Source of the DNA: a virus | Lineage: Duplodnaviria > Caudoviricetes | Length of the DNA stretch: 64,000 bases | Strand: one strand, 5' to 3' | Virus record (IMG/VR): IMGVR_UViG_2654587515_000001 | Location: 15,175 to 79,174 of that record | Shown: positions 55,415 through 63,496 of the stretch, piece by piece | Numbering within the stretch: position 1 is the stretch's first letter | Layout: each line of letters opens with the position of its first letter | The notes under the pieces: model-generated | Told to the model about the DNA's origin: nothing | Seen by the model: the letters and a program-made list of their open reading frames with translations, nothing else | The model's database searches: none | Translations under genes and position numbers: made by a program

Positions 55415-55864
55415 ATGAATTATGGTCAATGTGTCCATTGTGGCACAGATGTTTATCAAAGTGATGAGCGCGTTAGCCTGTCTATTGGCGTTTCTCATTA
55501 CACCTGCGATCAGGAATACAAGCTTTCTTGTGATCTTGAAATGAAAGAAATGATGGAACAAGAGAAAGCTCAAGCTAAGCGTGAAAATAAGCTTCTTGCC
55601 CGTCTCAAACGCACCTTAAAGCCTAAAATCTATAGTTTTATTGAGAGTCAGCTTGAAGAACACAGAGTGAACAGTATTGAAGTTGTTGGCTTTGATAAAG
55701 TCTCTGGCAGCAAAGAGCGAGCAAGAGATTGGTATGGTGAGAGTGTCGCGGTTCGTTATATCTACGATGACACAAGCACTGACTACTGGGGCGACGGCTA
55801 CGGTGGATTGATTTGGATACCTATCGGCAAGGCCCGTTATCTTCAAATGCACATATGGGGTTAG
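55415..55864 (+). CDS. Hypothetical protein
   Basis: Last gene before the terminator; CVHC N-terminus. Confidence 0.65.
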   Translation: MNYGQCVHCGTDVYQSDERVSLSIGVSHYTCDQEYKLSCDLEMKEMMEQEKAQAKRENKLLARLKRTLKPKIYSFIESQLEEHRVNSIEVVGFDKVSGSKERARDWYGESVAVRYIYDDTSTDYWGDGYGGLIWIPIGKARYLQMHIWG

Positions 55865-55900
55865 GTGACGACGTCACGTTAAAACACTACTCATACGATT

Positions 55901-55929
55901 AAAGACCAGCCAGAGCGCTGGTTTTTTTA
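55901..55929 (+). terminator. Intrinsic terminator ending the early operon
   Basis: ACCAGC-CAGAGC-GCTGGT followed by T7. Confidence 0.75.
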
Positions 55930-56095
55930 TGCCTGTATTTCACTGAAAAGCCCGATAAAAAAGCGAGACTGGCGCGTAATCACTGGTTTAGTGCTGCTTT
56001 GCGTAATCCCTTGTGTTACGTGGGCTTGTCGCGCCTCAGTGAATCTATTGCATAGGAGGATTCACGTTCTAGGCCGGCGCAGCTCAATAAAAACG

Positions 56096-56129
56096 TGTTG
56101 ATGCGATAAATCCCCCGTCGAAACAAACT
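56096..56129 (+). promoter_or_regulatory. Putative late promoter (lysis/terminase operon)
   Basis: TGTTGATGC-N19-CAAACT. Confidence 0.6.
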
Positions 56130-56175
56130 ACAGGCTCAGCTAACGCTGTCTTTTTGTTAATAAATCGGAGGGCTT

Positions 56176-56424
56176 ATGCCTGAATCAATCAATCTCACCA
56201 CGATGGGCGTGACCGCTCTGACTGGTATCGGTATGAAGTTGGTGTTGTTGTGCCTTGCTTTGGTGGTTATGACCATGATGCGCAAGGTTATTTTTGGTGA
56301 AGACGGGGTGAAAAATGACTGGATTGCGCAAGCTAAAGAAAAGGGCGATTACCGCTCTATTGCTATTTACCAGTGCGTTATGTTCGGCAGTACCTGCTTC
56401 CTCCTTGGCAGCGTCCTTTCCTGA
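56176..56424 (+). CDS. Putative holin (2 TM segments)
   Basis: GGAGG RBS; two hydrophobic segments; first gene of the lysis cassette. Confidence 0.6.
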   Translation: MPESINLTTMGVTALTGIGMKLVLLCLALVVMTMMRKVIFGEDGVKNDWIAQAKEKGDYRSIAIYQCVMFGSTCFLLGSVLS

Positions 56425-56923
56425 CACTTACGACACGCAGATCCGGAAGTCAGCAAAACGCTGGCTTCCGGCGTATGAGGCGGTCTATGGGATGGAGATT
56501 TTAAAGGCTCAGCTGTATCAGGAGAGCCTTCTCGACCCGCAGGCCGTCAGTTATGTCGGGGCGGCAGGATTGGGGCAGTTTATGCCTGCTACGTGGGCTG
56601 AAGTGTCCGCTCAGCTTGGTTTTGATGAGGTGTCGGTGCATAGCCCTGTTCACAACATCGAAGCTGCTGCGTACTACATGGCCGGCAGGCTGAATGTGTG
56701 GAAGTCCCCCCGCCCAATGTCGGACCGCTTATCGCTCGCTTGGGCCTGTTACAACGCTGGGTGTGGCTGGATCATCAAGGCTCAAAAGCTTTGTGGTAAT
56801 CCCGCTCCCTACAAAGACATCATCCGGTGTCTTCCGCAGGTAACAGGGCATCACTCGAAAGAGACCAAAACCTATGTTGAGCGGATTTGGCGGTACTGGA
56901 TGCAGATGAGGATGCTCAAATGA
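56315..56923 (+). CDS. Lytic transglycosylase (SLT) endolysin with an N-terminal signal
   Basis: AQLYQES, AVSYVGAAGLGQFMP.TW, CYNAG.G, ET..YV..I. Confidence 0.9.
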   Translation: MTGLRKLKKRAITALLLFTSALCSAVPASSLAASFPDTYDTQIRKSAKRWLPAYEAVYGMEILKAQLYQESLLDPQAVSYVGAAGLGQFMPATWAEVSAQLGFDEVSVHSPVHNIEAAAYYMAGRLNVWKSPRPMSDRLSLAWACYNAGCGWIIKAQKLCGNPAPYKDIIRCLPQVTGHHSKETKTYVERIWRYWMQMRMLK

Positions 56924-57327
56924 ACCCTGTGTATGTCGCAGGTGGTCTCATTGGGGCTTTGTTACTGGGCGTCGTAGGCGTCGTAGGCGTCCAGTACATC
57001 ACCATCGACAACTTAGAGACCACCATTGAAACCAAAACGCAAGAGAATGCCCAGCTGGCGCAAACCAATGCCCAGTTTAAGCAGGACTTGCAAGAGTCCA
57101 ACGAGCAAATCACTCAGATGGAGCAAGCGCGAGATCTTGAGCGGAAAATATCTGCAGATCGTGAGCGCGAACTTTCTAAGAGTAACAGTGAGTTAGGACG
57201 AAAACTCGCTCAACTTGAGAAGGAGAGTGGCAATGATGGGAAAGAGGCTGCGTGTTTGCGTACTCGGATGCCTGACAGTGTTATCCGGATGCTCGGCGGC
57301 GCCACCAAAAACAGTGACGGTGATTAA
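56920..57327 (+). CDS. Inner-membrane spanin (Rz-like)
   Basis: N-terminal TM segment followed by a coiled coil; ATGA overlap with the endolysin. Confidence 0.75.
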   Translation: MNPVYVAGGLIGALLLGVVGVVGVQYITIDNLETTIETKTQENAQLAQTNAQFKQDLQESNEQITQMEQARDLERKISADRERELSKSNSELGRKLAQLEKESGNDGKEAACLRTRMPDSVIRMLGGATKNSDGD

Positions 57328-57523
57328 AACCGTTGTAGAGAAGCAGTATCCACCACCGGAATGGCTTAAAGACTGCCCTGATGCACCGCTGAGGGGTGAC
57401 AGCTTTGAAGACGGTATCGCTCAGAGCGTTGAGCGGGAAGCGGTCATTAAAGCCTGTAACGTCGATAAACAGTCGCTTCGTGAATGGGTGGAAGGTGAGG
57501 GCGAACAGGATGACGGGGACTGA
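57233..57523 (+). CDS. Outer-membrane lipoprotein spanin (Rz1-like)
   Basis: Lipobox LSGC, Pro-rich PPPEWLKDC; overlaps the i-spanin 3' end. Confidence 0.8.
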   Translation: MMGKRLRVCVLGCLTVLSGCSAAPPKTVTVIKTVVEKQYPPPEWLKDCPDAPLRGDSFEDGIAQSVEREAVIKACNVDKQSLREWVEGEGEQDDGD

Positions 57524-57920
57524 GCTTAAAGATTTTGTGGTGCCATTGATCACTGCCGTTCTGGGCGCTGGTTTTTGGAACTTCATGATTAAACGACAAG
57601 AAAAGCCACTTGATGATGCACGGGCCGATGAGGTCATGATTCAAGGGGCGACGTCTGTCGTGGAGTTGCAGCAAAAAGTAATGAACCAGTTGCAGGAGGA
57701 CCTTGATAAGCGCGTCAAGACCATTGAAGCCCTGTATTCAAAGCAGTTGGAAAATGAACGCATAGAGTGGGAGCGCGAGCGCAGTAAGTTGGAGAGCCAA
57801 GTTGCTGAAATGTCTCAGCGTTTAGCGAAATTGGAGAAGATAAACAAGAGGTTACTACAAGAGAACGAGTCACTAGCAAAGTGCGATCACTGTATTGCTG
57901 AAGCAGCGGCAGCACAGTAG
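57510..57920 (+). CDS. Membrane-anchored coiled-coil protein
   Basis: N-terminal TM segment (VVPLITAVLGAGFW) then coiled coil. Confidence 0.65.
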   Translation: MTGTELKDFVVPLITAVLGAGFWNFMIKRQEKPLDDARADEVMIQGATSVVELQQKVMNQLQEDLDKRVKTIEALYSKQLENERIEWERERSKLESQVAEMSQRLAKLEKINKRLLQENESLAKCDHCIAEAAAAQ

Positions 57921-57932
57921 TAGAGGTTAGCT

Positions 57933-59105
57933 ATGGCTAGAAAGTCCACCTACGATTGGTCGAGTCTACTGGCGCTGTTATTTCAGCGCCAGAAGGACGA
58001 CCCCAAGTACAAAAACAAAGACTTTGCACAGGATGAAGGGGTGCCGCTTGGCTCTCTCACCCGTGCGATTACCCAGTACCGCAAAGGTAAGATTGAAATA
58101 TCGGGCAATGCCCCGATCGACCACGATAATGATCGCAATAACGATCTTAATAATGATCGTTTAAGCGATCGCAAAGCCAGTAAAACAACAACCAAAAAAG
58201 GCAATAAAACCAAGTCTAAACAACAAGTTAATACCAATAGTGATCACTCTGACGGGGAGCGCGCGCGCAATAGTGATCGATCGTTTTCCCAGTCTGGTGC
58301 AAAACGAAATAGGGGTGGGCAGGCTGGCAATTCCAACGCCAGAAAGCACGGGCTTTATGCTCGCCACCTGACGGATGAAATGGCGGAAGCGTATGAAACA
58401 GCGCTTTCTGCTGCTGGCGGTATTGATCATGAGTTGGCCTTAGCTCGCGCTAAGTTGGCTGAAGCTTTCCGGTTGAAGGGCGAACAGGAGTACATCGAGA
58501 AGCGAATTGCAGAAGAGCAGGCAAGAAAGGCAGAAGAAGCGGCCAACGAACCGCCGCCCCCTGCAGCGGATCCGGATGATGAAGGCTTTACGCCTAGTTT
58601 TCAAAAGCCTGACTACTTCAACCATGCAGCGATGCGTGCAGAAGCGTTTGAGGACAACATAGGTCCGCTGGGTACCACGATAAAGATGAAGCGCGTGGAC
58701 TGGGACGCTGTGATTGACCGCTGGATGGGCCGTGTTGCTAACTTGGAGTCATTGCGTCAGAAGTTGTTGCAGGGCAGCACGCTATCTTACAGCGAGCAGC
58801 TGGCTATCAAGTCGACCGTCTTTAACCAGTTAGCAAATGAAGAGATTGACGCATTAACCGCAGGGCACATGCTCAGCGCGAATGGCTTAGACATTCCGCC
58901 TAACCTACTGGCGCAGATCCGCTTTGAGCTGGGTGAAGGCGATGATGACGATTCCGAGCTACCAACGGGTGCAGTTACGCCTCAGATGGTGGAAGAGCGC
59001 GAGAAGCAGCTGCAGCTTGGTAATCAGCAAAGCTCTGAAGAGTTCTTGGCGGCGCGTATGGCTGAACTGGAAGCGCTAAACGCTGAGGATAGCCATGGCA
59101 GCTAG
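57933..59105 (+). CDS. pacA: Terminase small subunit (PacA-like)
   Basis: N-terminal HTH (YDWSSL...FAQDEGVP), GGQAGNSNARKHGLY motif; overlaps the large subunit gene. Confidence 0.8.
   Translation: MARKSTYDWSSLLALLFQRQKDDPKYKNKDFAQDEGVPLGSLTRAITQYRKGKIEISGNAPIDHDNDRNNDLNNDRLSDRKASKTTTKKGNKTKSKQQVNTNSDHSDGERARNSDRSFSQSGAKRNRGGQAGNSNARKHGLYARHLTDEMAEAYETALSAAGGIDHELALARAKLAEAFRLKGEQEYIEKRIAEEQARKAEEAANEPPPPAADPDDEGFTPSFQKPDYFNHAAMRAEAFEDNIGPLGTTIKMKRVDWDAVIDRWMGRVANLESLRQKLLQGSTLSYSEQLAIKSTVFNQLANEEIDALTAGHMLSANGLDIPPNLLAQIRFELGEGDDDDSELPTGAVTPQMVEEREKQLQLGNQQSSEEFLAARMAELEALNAEDSHGS
58115..58282. other. P1-type pac site (GATC clusters) inside pacA
   Basis: GATC at 58115, 58131, 58143, 58155, 58167, then an A-rich gap of about 70 bp, then 58242, 58275 and 58279. 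Confidence 0.7.
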
Positions 59106-60813
59106 GAACAGAAGCCGCAAGAAGCATAAGCACGCTGCTATTACTCTGGATCCTCGTTATCTGGATTTTGCAGCGAGCTATCGCAGCCGGCCATTGGCGT
59201 TTATCTATGATGTTATCGGGATGGAGCCGTCGTTTCAGCAAATCGAAGTCATTAACGCCCTGACGCCTGTCGGGGCGCGTGTGTCTGTGGCGTCCGGTCA
59301 CGGTACCGGTAAATCCCACCTGACCGCTGCATTGTGTTTGCACTTCATCATCACGCACCCTGAGTCTCTGTGCATGTTGACCGCAAACTCGCTGGATCAG
59401 GTAACAAACGTTGTCTTCTCGTACATCAAGCGTCTCTGGGTGAAGATCTGCCAGCGTCAGCCATGGTTAGAGCAGTACTTCATCATTACCGCGAAGTCTT
59501 TCTACGCCAAAGGCTACAAAGGTGTCTGGCAAATCTTTGGTAAAACCTGCTCTAAGGGCAATGAGGAAGGCTTGGCCGGTCAGCACCGTCGAGACTATAT
59601 GGTTGTGGTCGATGAGGCGTCAGGCGTATCAGATCGAGCCTTTGAGGTGCTGCGTGGTGCATTGACCGAAGACAACAACAAAATGCTGCTCATTAGTCAG
59701 TTTACAAGGCCGACCGGTCACTTTGCTGACTCTCAAATGGAGCTGGCTGAGCAAGGGCTGTACACGGCTATCACGCTCAACAGTGAAATGAGTCCGTTTG
59801 TTAACCTCAAGTTTATCCGAGAGAAGCGCATCGAGTACGGTGGCGTGACTAGCCCTGAATACGGGATCCGTGTTCTGGGTGTTTGTCCTGATGATGCAAG
59901 TGGCTTCCTGATCTCCCGTAGTCTGGTTGATAAAGGCTTTGAGGCGGTTATTGAATTTGCTGATGAGTGGGGCTGGGTGGCTGTTGCCGACGTCGCCGGT
60001 GGTGAAGGTCGAGATAGTTCAGTCCTCAAGATTGGTAAGGTCTGTGGCTTTGGTAGTGAGCGACAGGTTGAAGTGGTGAAAGCGATTGAAGCGCCGGCAG
60101 ATATGGACGGGGTTCAATTTGCTCGCTTTATTCACCAAGAAACGGCTGGTTACACCAATATTTCGGTTGGCATTGATGCGGACGGTTATGGTCTGACGAC
60201 AGCGCAAGAGTGTGAAAAGCTGGGTGTGAACGTGACTCGTATCCACTGGGGCCGACCACCACACGCGAACTCAGTGAAGCAGCGTTTCCCGAAAGAGAAA
60301 GACTTTGCCTGTGTCATGGTCAAAGAAGCCTTGGGCACTGGCCGCTTGAAGCTGCATAAAGGTGAGACGAAACAGTTTGAGAAGAAACTGCAGAAACAGT
60401 TCGTCAAGATCCCGTATGAGTTTGACGAGTTGGGCCGCTGGCGCATCTTCTCCAAGAAGCAGCTGCGTAGTGAGGGTATCAAGTCTCCCGACATCTTTGA
60501 TGCAACGGCGTTCTTCTGGTTGGTTGATTACATTCCTGCCGGCGAGCAAAGCGATGGTCAATCTGATAATGCTCTGGCGAAAGCAATGGCATTGCTGGGA
60601 GAGGAAGAGGCAAGCCCAGCGGATCAGGCTATCGCTGCGATTGAAAGCGGTGGTGTGGTTGAGTGTGAGGCTGATGATTACCCAGATGTCAGGGCCGCGA
60701 TTCAGGCAGCTTGCAGTGACTGGATAGACGATGGGCTGAATGAGTACGCACAGGTTGGCTTGATGGAGGTCGAACGACTGGACGAGTTCTTTAAGTTCTA
60801 CAGGCGAGCATAG
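59095..60813 (+). CDS. pacB: Terminase large subunit (PacB-like)
   Basis: SGHGTGKS Walker A, VVVDEASG Walker B, RNase H-like ADVAGG.GRD, IDADG.G, SPDIFDA. Confidence 0.92.
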   Translation: MAARNRSRKKHKHAAITLDPRYLDFAASYRSRPLAFIYDVIGMEPSFQQIEVINALTPVGARVSVASGHGTGKSHLTAALCLHFIITHPESLCMLTANSLDQVTNVVFSYIKRLWVKICQRQPWLEQYFIITAKSFYAKGYKGVWQIFGKTCSKGNEEGLAGQHRRDYMVVVDEASGVSDRAFEVLRGALTEDNNKMLLISQFTRPTGHFADSQMELAEQGLYTAITLNSEMSPFVNLKFIREKRIEYGGVTSPEYGIRVLGVCPDDASGFLISRSLVDKGFEAVIEFADEWGWVAVADVAGGEGRDSSVLKIGKVCGFGSERQVEVVKAIEAPADMDGVQFARFIHQETAGYTNISVGIDADGYGLTTAQECEKLGVNVTRIHWGRPPHANSVKQRFPKEKDFACVMVKEALGTGRLKLHKGETKQFEKKLQKQFVKIPYEFDELGRWRIFSKKQLRSEGIKSPDIFDATAFFWLVDYIPAGEQSDGQSDNALAKAMALLGEEEASPADQAIAAIESGGVVECEADDYPDVRAAIQAACSDWIDDGLNEYAQVGLMEVERLDEFFKFYRRA

Positions 60814-60815
60814 GC

Positions 60816-60842
60816 GGTTATCCCCAAATCAAGGGGATAACC
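60816..60842. other. 10-bp inverted repeat with a 7-bp asymmetric spacer (candidate lox-like site)
   Basis: GGTTATCCCC-AAATCAA-GGGGATAACC; no T-tract on either side. Confidence 0.4.
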
Positions 60843-60899
60843 CTGTGCAAAAAATACTCTTACACTTTACATAGGAACAATGGTCCTAATCGGCTAAAT

Positions 60900-61062
60900 T
60901 ACGGGCAATGGCTGCGCCATTGCATGGCTTAGCAGGGCGGCGAGGATAACAAGAAAATGTTGTAGTGCCAGCGCATTAGCGCCCGTACTATCGCTTTTGA
61001 AAGGTTATCCTTCTTTCAACTCGGTGTAAGACAAAGCCCGCTCCTGTGAGTGGGCTTTCTTA
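60900..61062 (+). ncRNA. Candidate structured ncRNA 1 (long imperfect hairpin plus terminator)
   Basis: GGATAAC 60944 pairs with GTTATCC 61004; inner TAGTGC/GTACTA and GCGC-ATTA-GCGC; terminator AAAGCCCGCTC-CTGT-GAGTGGGCTTT; no long ORF. Confidence 0.3.
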
Positions 61063-61080
61063 TATCCAACATTTTTTTGT

Positions 61081-61295
61081 TGTGGTTAGGGTGATCGCAG
61101 ACGCACTAAGATGAACGGGCATTGTTTGCAATGGCGTAGCTTCCCTTAGCTGCATACGGGGGTACGGTAAGCGGTGATTAGCCACACTGGCTGTCGACCC
61201 CCAGCCTCATGCCAAGACCGAACATTGCTATCCCAATGATGAAATTGCATTGCCAACTAGTAGGGTAGCCTCGCAAGGATGCGGGGCCTTTTTTT
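61081..61295 (+). ncRNA. Candidate structured ncRNA 2 (multi-stem plus terminator)
   Basis: Stems CATTG/CAATG, GTAGCT/AGCTGC, GGGGGT/ACCCCC enclosing AGCC/GGCT; terminator GCCTCGCA-AGGA-TGCGGGGC followed by T-tract; no long ORF. Confidence 0.35.
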
Positions 61296-61445
61296 ACCTT
61301 CCTAATTGCTAAAAGCACGTTTTAGCAATAAGAAATCGCCCGTCATTTCTCATATTTCCCTATCTTTCCCTTGATTGATTTACACAATCTTATTATATTC
61401 TCGTTATAGCAATTAGATTTGTAACCCCGACCAAAGGAAAAAATC

Positions 61446-62000
61446 ATGAAAATCGAACAAAGCACAGCGATTAAGTTGCGCATCACTGAGATTGAATCTC
61501 TCGACCCTATCACCGTATTTTTGGAAGACTATGTTGCCGGCAAAGGAAAGATTGTCATTGAGTGCTACGGTAAATCGTGGTCCTCATACTGGGGCGCGAT
61601 GGGTGGCAGAACTATTGCTCAGTTCTTCTGTGATTGTGATGAGCACTACCTGATCTCTAATCTGTGTGGTTCGCTAAGTAGCGAAGAGCCGGATTATGAT
61701 GCTTTTCTGCCTCTGGCGAGAGCGCACATCTTAGGCTGTCGCCGTTTAAATCATATCGGTTCCAGCTTGGCCCGTGCGCTTTACGATATCGAAGATTGGG
61801 AAGAGTACGCTCCCGAGCACAGCTATGACACTTACAAGTGCCCTGATCATGAAAGCAAAGAAGAGTTCGAATATTTAGACCTTGGCATTGTCACAGTCCC
61901 TACAAGAGTGCCCCACCAATACGCTTACATGGTTCGCATCGTCAAAGCGGTTCAGGCTGCATTGAGAAAGTCTGGATTAGCAACAGAACAAGCAGCGTAA
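61446..62000 (+). CDS. Hypothetical phage protein (184 aa)
   Basis: AAGGAA RBS; GKIVIECYGKSWSSYWG motif. Confidence 0.75.
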   Translation: MKIEQSTAIKLRITEIESLDPITVFLEDYVAGKGKIVIECYGKSWSSYWGAMGGRTIAQFFCDCDEHYLISNLCGSLSSEEPDYDAFLPLARAHILGCRRLNHIGSSLARALYDIEDWEEYAPEHSYDTYKCPDHESKEEFEYLDLGIVTVPTRVPHQYAYMVRIVKAVQAALRKSGLATEQAA

Positions 62001-62068
62001 AGTTAATCACCAGAAGAATGATCAAGTGCAGGTAATTTCAATTAGCCTGCACGGTCAGGGAGTATGAA

Positions 62069-62659
62069 ATGAAACAAGTTGACCCAATCAAAGATCTGGA
62101 TGACGTGAGAGCCATCTACAACCGCCTCAAAAAGTGGGGGAACCATCGAGAGGCTGAGCTGGTCATGCTCGGTTGTAATGTGGCCCTGCGTATTAGCGAC
62201 CTGCTGAAGCTTAAATTCGACGACATCAAGACAATGCAGCTGGAAGGCGAAGATATTGGTTACGTTGAGCTGGAAGAGAAGAAAACCGGCAAACCAAAGC
62301 GCCTGACATTGAATAGAACCGCGCTGCAGTGCGTTGAGCGCCTGAGAATGAACAATCCCGAGGCTATCTATCTGTTTCAGGCTACCGGAAATCGTGTCAA
62401 AGGCGATCCTAAGCCGGTTAGCCGTCAATGGATATCAACCAAGCTGATTGATGTTAAAGACAGTCTGGGGCTGGATTACAGCTTGAATACGCACTCATTG
62501 CGTAAGACCTTCGGCTACCACGCCTATAAGAACGGCGCAGACATTAATGTACTGCAGAAGCTATTCAACCACTCAAGCGTCACGGAGACGTTTAAATACA
62601 TCGGTATCACGGATGAGCGCGTGCGTGATGTTTACCTAAGCATTGATATTGGGCTGTGA
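62069..62659 (+). CDS. Small tyrosine recombinase (catalytic domain only; resolvase-like)
   Basis: ALRISDLL (R), EEKKTGK (K), HSLRKTFGY (HxxR), LFNHSS..T.KY (H, Y). Confidence 0.9.
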   Translation: MKQVDPIKDLDDVRAIYNRLKKWGNHREAELVMLGCNVALRISDLLKLKFDDIKTMQLEGEDIGYVELEEKKTGKPKRLTLNRTALQCVERLRMNNPEAIYLFQATGNRVKGDPKPVSRQWISTKLIDVKDSLGLDYSLNTHSLRKTFGYHAYKNGADINVLQKLFNHSSVTETFKYIGITDERVRDVYLSIDIGL

Positions 62660-62666
62660 GGTAGGT

Positions 62667-62897
62667 ATGGCAAATCATTTAATCAAGATAACAGAAAGCC
62701 ACTCACAAGGAGTGAGAGAAGAGTCAGAGCAGGTTTGGTGCGCACTGGCCTCAATGGACACCGAGCGCACACTATGCGGTGATGCTGTGGACAGTGACAA
62801 CATTATTAAAGCGGAATTTAAAGTAGTTAAACGTGGGGGAATTACGTGTCCCTTGTGTTTGTCAGTAGTCAAGCAAGTTAAAGCCATCAAGCTGTAG
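62667..62897 (+). CDS. Hypothetical protein
   Basis: GAGG RBS; TLCGD...ITCPLC motif. Confidence 0.65.
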   Translation: MANHLIKITESHSQGVREESEQVWCALASMDTERTLCGDAVDSDNIIKAEFKVVKRGGITCPLCLSVVKQVKAIKL

Positions 62898-62909
62898 ATT
62901 GGAGGAATC

Positions 62910-63458
62910 ATGACTAAAGTAATCAAAACGCAAGCGGATCTATACCAAGTTCGTCACGACAGCTGTGTGGGCTGGGGTGATATCTTCTTAATCTGCGGCA
63001 AAGAATCTGTCAGAGTGGCTATCAACTCAGACTATGGCACATACTCTCATAACTGGACCCACTGCGGAGGTGATCCCAAAGAGTTTCTGACTGAAATTGA
63101 TTTCGATTATTGCATGAAGAAGCTCACCGGCTATAAACACTACGTGCCGGCACCTGAGCAATACCCTGTTGAGGTGAAGCAATGCATCATAGAATCACGC
63201 CGTGAAGATGGCCTGACCAAAGCAGAGGCGAGGGAGGCGTGGCAAGACATGCTGTGCACTGAGCACAGAGAAGGCGACTTGTATTACAAGGAGCTTATTG
63301 ATCATCCCTTATTTGAGAAAGTGTTCGGTGACTACGAGTATCTCCCGTCAGCAACCAAAGTGTCCCCTTGCTGTCAGGACTTCTGGGATAAGGTCTGGAT
63401 CCCATTTATTGGTCAGTTAAAGGAAGAGCTGGCTCAAAAGAGTGAGGCTTCAGTTTAA
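62910..63458 (+). CDS. Hypothetical phage protein (182 aa)
   Basis: GGAGG RBS; INSDYGTYSHNW..CGG motif related to 61446-62000. Confidence 0.75.
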   Translation: MTKVIKTQADLYQVRHDSCVGWGDIFLICGKESVRVAINSDYGTYSHNWTHCGGDPKEFLTEIDFDYCMKKLTGYKHYVPAPEQYPVEVKQCIIESRREDGLTKAEAREAWQDMLCTEHREGDLYYKELIDHPLFEKVFGDYEYLPSATKVSPCCQDFWDKVWIPFIGQLKEELAQKSEASV

Positions 63459-63472
63459 GTACAAATACAAGG

Positions 63473-63496
63473 AAAGGCGGCTCGACCGCCTTTTTT
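63473..63496. terminator. Bidirectional terminator
   Basis: AAAGGCGG-CTCGA-CCGCCTTTTTT between convergent genes. Confidence 0.75.

Noticed and set aside
61081-61295. tRNA gene in the structured intergenic region
   Set aside because: No TTCRA T-loop, D-loop GG or acceptor stem/CCA geometry; I found no convincing tRNA in the window.
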